Shown here: in pieces, positions 26,268 to 32,000 of the stretch
Numbering within the stretch: position 1 is the first letter of the stretch
How the letters are laid out: every line of letters starts with the position of its first letter
Origin: Candidatus Saccharimonadota bacterium
Lineage (GTDB): Bacteria > Pseudomonadota > Alphaproteobacteria > CAJXXZ01 > 1604HC
Direction of reading: 5' to 3'
Assembly: GCF_008189285.1 (NCBI RefSeq)
Contig: NZ_CP043315.1
Location: 480,001-512,000, forward strand
Length of the DNA: 32,000 nt
Notes under the pieces: generated by a model
Seen by the model: only the letters and a program-made list of their open reading frames with translations
Databases searched by the model: none
What the model was told of the DNA's origin: nothing
Made by a program: the position numbers and the translations under genes

Positions 26268-27137
26268 ATGAAAAATATAATTATATTATCTGGTGGATGG
26301 ACAGAGCCTTTTGCATCATTAAAGAGCGCTAAAACGGTTATCTCCCTACTTAAAATAAAGCATTCTAATGCGCATATTGTCAATTTAGATCCAGCAGATG
26401 GCTTATTAAATCTTAGAAAGCAAATTCTTGATATTTCTCCAGATGTTATCATAAATTTAGTTCATGGATATTGGGGTGAAGATGGGTATGCGCAAATCTT
26501 TTTAGATAAATTAGGATTTCCATACACTGGGCCAAGCTTTCAAGAAGCTCACACATCAATGAACAAACATATAATGCATGAATTATGCAAAGAATTGAGC
26601 GTTCCAATTCCTAAAAGTGGATATGTATCAGAATCTAAATACATTGAAAAAGTTCACTGCTACCCTCATATAATAAAGCCTATTAGAGGTGGATCTTCTT
26701 ATGGAATAGACGTAATAAACAATGAAAATGAAAAAATTAATCATGCAGCAAAAGATCCTATTTTGATTTATGAAGAAATAATTGATGGTCCTGAATTGTG
26801 TATTGCGATTAAGAAAGGGAAATGCCTTGGAACAATTTTAATAGATCATGATGATCAAATATATACTGTTCATGCTAAAAATACTGATGAAAATGTGAGA
26901 TTTATAGATCCAAAAATTTATGGCGTAAGCGATAAAATGCTTGAAGATGCAAAAAGCTATGCTTCAAAATTATATAATCACGTAAATGGAAGGGGCATTG
27001 CAAGAATTGATTTTAAAGTTACAGATAAGCCTTATTTTATAGATTATAACTCAATACCAGGAATGGTTTTAATTCCAAGAATATTAAAGTTAAATGGATA
27101 CTCTGATGAAGATATGATTGATTTATTGATCAATTAA
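26268..27137 (+). CDS. ddl: D-alanine--D-alanine ligase
   Basis: MKNIIILSGGWTEPFASLKSA, HGYWGEDGYAQIFLDKLGFPYTG, IIKPIRGGSSYGI, and ARIDFKV...YFIDYNSIPGM. I prefer the ATG at 26268 over the ORF-track start at 26232. Confidence 0.85.
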   Translation: MKNIIILSGGWTEPFASLKSAKTVISLLKIKHSNAHIVNLDPADGLLNLRKQILDISPDVIINLVHGYWGEDGYAQIFLDKLGFPYTGPSFQEAHTSMNKHIMHELCKELSVPIPKSGYVSESKYIEKVHCYPHIIKPIRGGSSYGIDVINNENEKINHAAKDPILIYEEIIDGPELCIAIKKGKCLGTILIDHDDQIYTVHAKNTDENVRFIDPKIYGVSDKMLEDAKSYASKLYNHVNGRGIARIDFKVTDKPYFIDYNSIPGMVLIPRILKLNGYSDEDMIDLLIN

Positions 27138-27267
27138 TATATAAAATAAATAACTTTTTTTCATTTTAATCAAATTTTCAGATAAATCCTTTGTATCTTA
27201 AATTAATAAATCCCCAGGAAATCCTTTGCTTATTAAGCTTATACTTCAAATCAAACTAACAAATTAT

Positions 27268-27296
27268 TTGACTATTCAGTTTAAATTACCTAATAT
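27268..27296 (+). promoter_or_regulatory. Sigma70-like promoter of rnpB
   Basis: TTGACT (27268-73), an exact 17-nt spacer, TAATAT (27291-96), then 6 nt to the G at 27303 that begins the RNase P RNA P1 helix. Confidence 0.55.
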
Positions 27297-27302
27297 TTTC
27301 TT

Positions 27303-27678
27303 GAAGCTGAGTTGTCGCTAGACTTTTGTCGATCATTTGATTGATAGATATTTAGAGGAAAGTCCGGGCTCCATGAAGAAAAAGTGCTGGTTAATGGCCA
27401 GCGGGTATATAATTGCTAATTACTAGCAGCAATATATCTAGGGAAAGTGTCACAGAAAATATACCGCCTAGGAATTAATTTTTAGGTAAGGTTGAAATGG
27501 TGCGGTAAGAGCGCACCGCTGTTTTGGCAATGAAACAGGCATGACAAACCCCACTTGGAGCAAATTCGAGCAAAGGGTTGCATCTTCACTAATGCCCTTG
27601 GGTTGAATGCTATAATTTTGCAGCAATGTAAAGTAGAGATAAATGACAACATAAAACAGAACCCGGCTTATTGGCTTC
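27303..27678 (+). ncRNA. rnpB: RNase P RNA, bacterial type A
   Basis: Universally conserved P4 strands GAGGAAAGTCCGGGCTCC (27355-72) and ACAGAACCCGGCTTA (27656-70). GGTAAGAGCGCACCG and GACAAACCCCACTTGGAGCAA blocks are present. The ends pair as P1 (GAAGC at 27303-07 with GCTTC at 27674-78). Confidence 0.92.
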
Positions 27679-27708
27679 AATTAATAATTCAATCAATAAA
27701 AATTGTAA

Positions 27709-27973
27709 AAAGAGCATAAAAATTGTAAAATTACACTTCAATAATAAAAAAACATTTACCTATATATTCATAATAATATCTGCAAAGACAATCAAAGAGC
27801 ATAAAAATTGCAAAATTACACTTCAATAACAAAAAAATATTTAGCTGTATATTCATAATTATTCATAATAATAACTATAAAGACAATCAAAGAGCATAAA
27901 AATTGTAAAATTACACTTCAATAACAAAAAAATATTTAGCTGTATATTCATAATAATAACTATAAAGACAATC
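27709..27973. repeat. ~85-bp tandem repeat, 3 copies (85, 95, 85 bp)
   Basis: The units start with AAAGAGCATAAAAATTG(T/C)AAAATTACACTTCAATAA at 27709, 27794 and 27889. Copy 2 carries an internal 10-bp duplication. The array lies between rnpB and rplI. Confidence 0.9.
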
Positions 27974-28046
27974 ATAATTCCATAAATCTCTCTCAACCCT
28001 TGATTTAAAAATCATTTTTGACGAAAATATCTTTGAGAGAAATTAT

Positions 28047-28535
28047 ATGAGTAGCAAGAAAAATAAAAAAAATAAACTAAATAAATTGATAAGTTTAGTT
28101 TTAAAGGTCAGTTTAAGAGGCAAAGGATCTCCTGGAGATTTGATCAAAGTGAAAAAAGGTTATTCCAATTATCTGATTTTATCTGATAAAGCCATGATTG
28201 CTAATAAACCTAACTTAGAAACTATGGAAAAGCAAAAAGAAGAATGGCTTAAAGTTGACTCTGCAAAGAAACAAGAAGGTAAAGTTGCAAAAGAAAAGAT
28301 AGATCAAATTGTAATCGATATCGTACACAATACTGTTGATGGATTTAGACTTTACGGATCTGTTTCTAACAAAGATATAATGGAACAACTTGCTAAAAAA
28401 GGCTTTGAAATCAAAAAAGAAGATATTGTTATGAAAGCAATTAAAGAAGTTGGAACTTTTAATGCAAATATATACACATATGGAAACAAAGCTAACATTA
28501 CTATTAATGTAAAAGCTCCTACTGTTGCTTCATAA
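28047..28535 (+). CDS. rplI: 50S ribosomal protein L9
   Basis: LKVSLRGKGSPGDLIKVKKGYSNYLI (L9 N-domain pattern) followed by a long charged helix and a C-domain (162 aa, with an N-terminal Lys-rich extension). Confidence 0.8.
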   Translation: MSSKKNKKNKLNKLISLVLKVSLRGKGSPGDLIKVKKGYSNYLILSDKAMIANKPNLETMEKQKEEWLKVDSAKKQEGKVAKEKIDQIVIDIVHNTVDGFRLYGSVSNKDIMEQLAKKGFEIKKEDIVMKAIKEVGTFNANIYTYGNKANITINVKAPTVAS

Positions 28536-28565
28536 GCATTTAAATTTGACTAATAATTTATATTG

Positions 28566-29972
28566 ATGGAAATAATTATGACCGATGAATCTGAGAATAA
28601 AATAGTATGTGTTCTGCCCAGTGCTATAGAGGCTGAGAAAGCTTTATTGGGAGCATTATTGCATGAAAATTTACTTTTCGAAAATGTATCTGAATTTTTA
28701 TTGCCTCAGCATTTCTTTGACCCCTTGCATCAAAAAATATTTGAGCATATATCTTATGTAATCAACAAAGGTCAATTAGCTAACCCAATTACAATATGGC
28801 CTTTTTTCCTTAAGGATGAGTCAATAAAAGATTATGGTGGAGAAGACTATCTTAAAAACTTAGAATCTTATATTATATCACTTTCACATACAGAAGATTA
28901 TGGAAAACAAATATTTGATAGATACCTTAGAAGGCAATTAATTTTAATTGGCGATCAAATTAAAAGCGAAGCATATGATATGAAGCTGAAGCAAAATGCA
29001 TTGGATCAAATTGAAGGTGCGGAAAATAATTTATTTTCTTTAGCGACTTTAGGAATACAAAAAAGCAATGTAAAATTTGGACAAGCATTAAATTTAGCTG
29101 TAAAACAAGCAGAAATCGCTTTCAGAAGCACTGATCATGTAGTTGGAGTTGCAACAGGATTGCATGGATTGGATAGAGCATTGGGAGGATTTCATAAATC
29201 AGATCTTATTATATTAGCTGCTAGACCATCGATGGGTAAAACTGCATTGGCTACTAACATTGCATTTCGAGCTGCTATGAGAAAACAAAAAGTTGCATTT
29301 TTCTCACTCGAAATGTCTTCAGAGCAACTTGCATTGCGTATTCTTGGTTCTGAAACAAATATACCTTCAGATAGAATAAGACGAGGAGCAATACAAGAAC
29401 ATGAAATGCATATGTTAACTAAAACATCGCAAAAATTGCTTGATATACCTTTATTTATTGATGATACTCCTGGATTAACTGTTTCTGGACTACGAACAAG
29501 AGCAAGAAGATTGCATAGGCAAGAAAAACTAGACTTAATCATAATAGATTATTTGCAATTAATGCATGCTGGGACCAACCAAGATAATAGAACTCAAGAA
29601 TTATCTTTTATAACTAGATCTCTAAAATCATTAGCCAAAGAATTATCTTTGCCTGTCATTGCATTGTCACAGCTATCTCGTGCAGTAGAGCAAAGAGATG
29701 ACAAGAGGCCTCAATTAGCTGATTTAAGAGAATCAGGAACAATTGAGCAAGACGCTGATGTTGTAATGTTCATTTTTAGAGAAGCATATTACGAATCACG
29801 CAAAAAACCATCCGAAGGATCTGACAAAATGGAAGCATGGCAAGCTAGAATGGAAAAAATACACAATCTGGCAGAAATCATGATTGCAAAACAAAGACAC
29901 GGTCCAATCAAAAATGTACAAGTAGGATTTGAGGATGCAATGACTAAATTCTACGATCTAGATATTGCTTAA
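28566..29972 (+). CDS. dnaB: Replicative DNA helicase DnaB
   Basis: LPSAIEAEKALLGALL N-domain. Walker A ARPSMGKTALATNIA and Walker B LIIIDYLQLM. SQLSRAVEQR and DLRESGTIEQDADVV. The start is ambiguous among TTG 28563, ATG 28566 and ATG 28578. Confidence 0.92.
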   Translation: MEIIMTDESENKIVCVLPSAIEAEKALLGALLHENLLFENVSEFLLPQHFFDPLHQKIFEHISYVINKGQLANPITIWPFFLKDESIKDYGGEDYLKNLESYIISLSHTEDYGKQIFDRYLRRQLILIGDQIKSEAYDMKLKQNALDQIEGAENNLFSLATLGIQKSNVKFGQALNLAVKQAEIAFRSTDHVVGVATGLHGLDRALGGFHKSDLIILAARPSMGKTALATNIAFRAAMRKQKVAFFSLEMSSEQLALRILGSETNIPSDRIRRGAIQEHEMHMLTKTSQKLLDIPLFIDDTPGLTVSGLRTRARRLHRQEKLDLIIIDYLQLMHAGTNQDNRTQELSFITRSLKSLAKELSLPVIALSQLSRAVEQRDDKRPQLADLRESGTIEQDADVVMFIFREAYYESRKKPSEGSDKMEAWQARMEKIHNLAEIMIAKQRHGPIKNVQVGFEDAMTKFYDLDIA

Positions 29973-29975
29973 AAT

Positions 29976-30083
29976 CCCAAACAACCCAAACAACCCAAAC
30001 AACCCAAACAACCCAAACAACCCAAACAACCCAAACAACCCAAACAACCCAAACAACCCAAACAACCCAAACAACCCAAATAA
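29976..30083. repeat. 9-bp tandem array CCCAAACAA x12 (last unit CCCAAATAA)
   Basis: Counted directly: units at 29976+9k for k=0..11. The array begins 4 nt after the dnaB TAA. Confidence 0.97.
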
Positions 30084-30306
30084 TCTGAATAATCTGAATA
30101 ATCTGAATAATCTGAATAATCTGAATAATCTGAATAATCTGAATAATCTGAATAATCTGAATAATCTGAATAATCTGAATAATCTGAATAATCTGAATAA
30201 TCTGAATAATAATTGAATAATCTGAATAATCTGAATAATCTGAATAATCTGAATAATCTGAATAATCTGAATAATCTGAATAATCTGAATAATCTGAATA
30301 ATCTGA
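30084..30306. repeat. 9-bp tandem array TCTGAATAA x14, one degenerate 11-nt unit, then x9 plus a partial unit
   Basis: Counted directly: 30084-30209 holds 14 units, 30210-30220 is TAATTGAATAA, 30221-30301 holds 9 units, and TCTGA follows. Confidence 0.97.
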
Positions 30307-30783
30307 GCATCATAGCAAGTGCTATTTGATAAATACTGCTTGACTTCAACTAATTTATTTACAAATAGAGAAAACAAAAATGTTGTAAGATATAGGGAAG
30401 TAGTTCATAAATAATTGAAATTCTATGAATTTAATGAAATAGATGGTTAAATAATTTAAATACATAAATTGAAATATCAAAACAATTAAATCTTGCAAAC
30501 TAATGCAATTAGATAACAAGCAATTTATAGCAAACTGAATATGGTAAATTTGAATGATTATTTTCAATGAAAATATAAAATCTTTATCTTGCAAAATGGG
30601 AAATGTAAAATATTTATTTATCTTATAAAATGAGAAATACAAAACATTGATCTGGAAATATTAAAAATGAGAAATAAATAGCGAGAGATAATAAATTAAA
30701 AAAACTAATTCTATATATTTATGGCATAAAAACTGTAAAAGTTAGCATAAAATTCAACATATCATTTAAAATGAAGAATTATT

Positions 30784-31288
30784 TCACCCTCCTCCTATTT
30801 CTTCCTCAGATACTTCAGATTGCCCTCCATTATGTTCATTTATACGTCTAGCATAGCTCATAATCCATTCTTTTATTCTTGCACCAGAATTAACTAGCAA
30901 ATCATCACCATTTCCTGAACAAATAAATGAATTCAACGATAAACTACAAATTTCCTCTGGCAATATGGTTAGTCTATTATTTGATATATTAAGCGATACC
31001 AATTCATTCAGCGATTCTATTTCTTTTGGCAATGTAGTTAGTTCATTATTTGACACATCAAGTCTTGTTAGATAATTCAACCCTCCTATCCATTGGCAAT
31101 CTGCTCAAGTTATTGTTAGATAAATTCAATATGCTAAATTTAGGAAACTTTTTCTTCAAAAAACTCGCGTCAGTATCATATATCTCAATCGTATTTCCTT
31201 CTATTTTTAACGTTATTACATTTGGATAATATACATTTAAATCATTGTTCAAATTTAAACCACCATTCAATAAATTATCTTTTATCAC
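30784..31288 (-). pseudogene. LRR-only gene copy, frameshifted. It carries the family-B C-terminal cap but has no N-module.
   Basis: ORF 31058..31288 ends ...NNNLSRLPMDRRVELSNKT*. Shifting one frame at CCAATGG gives WIGGLNYLTRLDVSNNELTTLP, which continues into ORF 30784..31080. The first ORF is also in frame with the 31310 gene, separated only by that gene's TAA. Confidence 0.55.
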
Positions 31289-31309
31289 AACCTCTTCACA
31301 TTCTTCAAT

Positions 31310-31975
31310 TTACAAAGCCTTGCACCCACGATCAAACCATTCTTTTACTGCTGGATCAGAGTTAGCGATCAAATTCTCATCATTTCCTCCATGCCCAATA
31401 TAATTAAATGACCGCAATGATAAATTGCATATTTCCTTTGGTAATTCAGTTAATTTATTACCTCCTATATAAAGTGATATTGATTCTAAATTTTTTAAAC
31501 AATTTAAAATAGCGCCTGGAATATATTCGAGTTGCAATTCATGCAAAGAAATATTGTAATCTCCACATTCAGTATTAGCTTTAATAAGAGTCATGTGCTT
31601 GCGAAAATCAAAAGCATCTTCTAAGATAACGTAAAATATATAAAACGCATCAATTCCAGATGATAGCCCAAACTTTTCGTCATGTTTTTTTATATCATTA
31701 TATATCGTATCAAGATCGGACTTATTATATCCATACGGAGACGGATTATTTTCTATTTTCCTAATTTGATAAGCATAATATCGCTTTAACGCCTCTTCTC
31801 GACCTGCAATCTCTAAGCATTCTTGATAGCCTTCTTTAGTACGAAGTTTTTCTAAATTTGCCATATTATAAGATTTTATCTCACTTGCACATTTATCAAA
31901 TAATTCCTTTCTGGATCTGATATCTGCAATGCATATCATGGAAAATAATTGGAGGATTTTACTGTATTTCATCAT
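31310..31975 (-). CDS. Secreted LRR protein, family B (221 aa)
   Basis: N-module EIKSYNMANLEKLRTKEGYQ...ALKRYYAYQIRK is related to the 20213 and 21712 products. Short LRR LESISLYIGGNKLTELPKEICNLSL. C-terminal cap NLIANSDPAVKEWF is shared with the downstream fragment (LLVNSGARIKEWI). Confidence 0.75.
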   Translation of the reverse strand: MMKYSKILQLFSMICIADIRSRKELFDKCASEIKSYNMANLEKLRTKEGYQECLEIAGREEALKRYYAYQIRKIENNPSPYGYNKSDLDTIYNDIKKHDEKFGLSSGIDAFYIFYVILEDAFDFRKHMTLIKANTECGDYNISLHELQLEYIPGAILNCLKNLESISLYIGGNKLTELPKEICNLSLRSFNYIGHGGNDENLIANSDPAVKEWFDRGCKAL

Positions 31976-32000
31976 TGAAACTTTTTTAGCACAATGTACA

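Noticed and set aside
27468-27680. 70-aa ORF on the minus strand
   Set aside because: It lies entirely inside the RNase P RNA gene, so it is a spurious antisense ORF.
29973-30083. Translational readthrough of the dnaB TAA into an in-frame N(PKQ)11PK tail
   Set aside because: DnaB already ends at a normal position for the family. There is no readthrough context or recoding signal. The in-frame relationship has a 1-in-3 chance.
29976-30083. Telomere-like repeat (the G/T-rich strand TTGTTTGGG resembles ciliate or plant telomere units)
   Set aside because: It is internal to a bacterial gene context and flanked by dnaB and further bacterial sequence. The 9-nt unit does not match any telomere unit I know.
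19191-30306. CRISPR arrays as an explanation for the 31-bp, ~85-bp and 9-bp repeats
   Set aside because: All three are head-to-tail tandem repeats with no unique spacers. There are no cas genes in the window.
29958-30377. ORFs 29958..30377(-), 29969..30349(-) and 29965..30216(+), which encode (QII)n/(LFR)n/(LFG)n, (YSD)n/(LGC)n and (PNN)n/(LNN)n proteins
   Set aside because: They are by-products of the 9-bp (3n) tandem arrays, whose units lack stop codons in most frames. Several mutually exclusive frames are open at once. None has a credible start context.
30355-30642. 95-aa ORF on the minus strand in the dnaB-LRR convergent spacer
   Set aside because: Extremely AT-rich low-complexity translation. 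It has no start context, and it overlaps the spaced direct repeats.
2028-31975. The LRR genes as cargo of a mobile element or genomic island
   Set aside because: There are no transposase, integrase or tRNA-flanked boundaries, and no terminal inverted repeats were seen. The genes are interleaved one by one with core housekeeping genes.

Overview
Very AT-rich bacterial chromosomal segment, roughly 27-30% G+C by eye (not computed). No rRNA, tRNA, CRISPR, transposase or integrase was found. Short, reduced-looking housekeeping genes are present: comF-like, tpiA, dapF, dapD, murJ, a peroxiredoxin, accD, murB, ftsK, rbfA, ddl, rnpB, rplI and dnaB. They are interspersed with at least ten leucine-rich-repeat (LRR) genes or gene fragments that carry signal-peptide-like N-termini. 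These fall into two or three paralogous families whose non-LRR N-terminal modules I do not recognise. This pattern fits a host-associated or intracellular Gram-negative bacterium. The DnaB N-terminus and a TspO-like gene hint weakly at Alphaproteobacteria. The most notable locus is a tightly coupled two-gene operon on the minus strand (13734..16609). It pairs a 448-aa protein containing a cyclic-nucleotide-binding-like insertion and no DNA-binding domain with a SufS-type cysteine desulfurase that carries a ~105-aa low-complexity N-terminal extension. That architecture matches a family-2B encapsulin shell plus cysteine-desulfurase cargo (a sulfur nanocompartment). Other points of interest: a locally GC-rich, pseudoknot-capable intergenic element upstream of murB that I could not assign to any RNA family; two back-to-back perfect 9-bp tandem arrays starting 4 nt after the dnaB stop, one of which gives 12 evenly spaced GGG tracts on the minus strand; further intergenic tandem repeats (31 bp x4, ~85 bp x3, 25 bp x2, 20 bp x2); a decayed copy of the accD 5' end; and several visibly decaying LRR genes. 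All functional calls come from motif recognition by eye. No searches were run.
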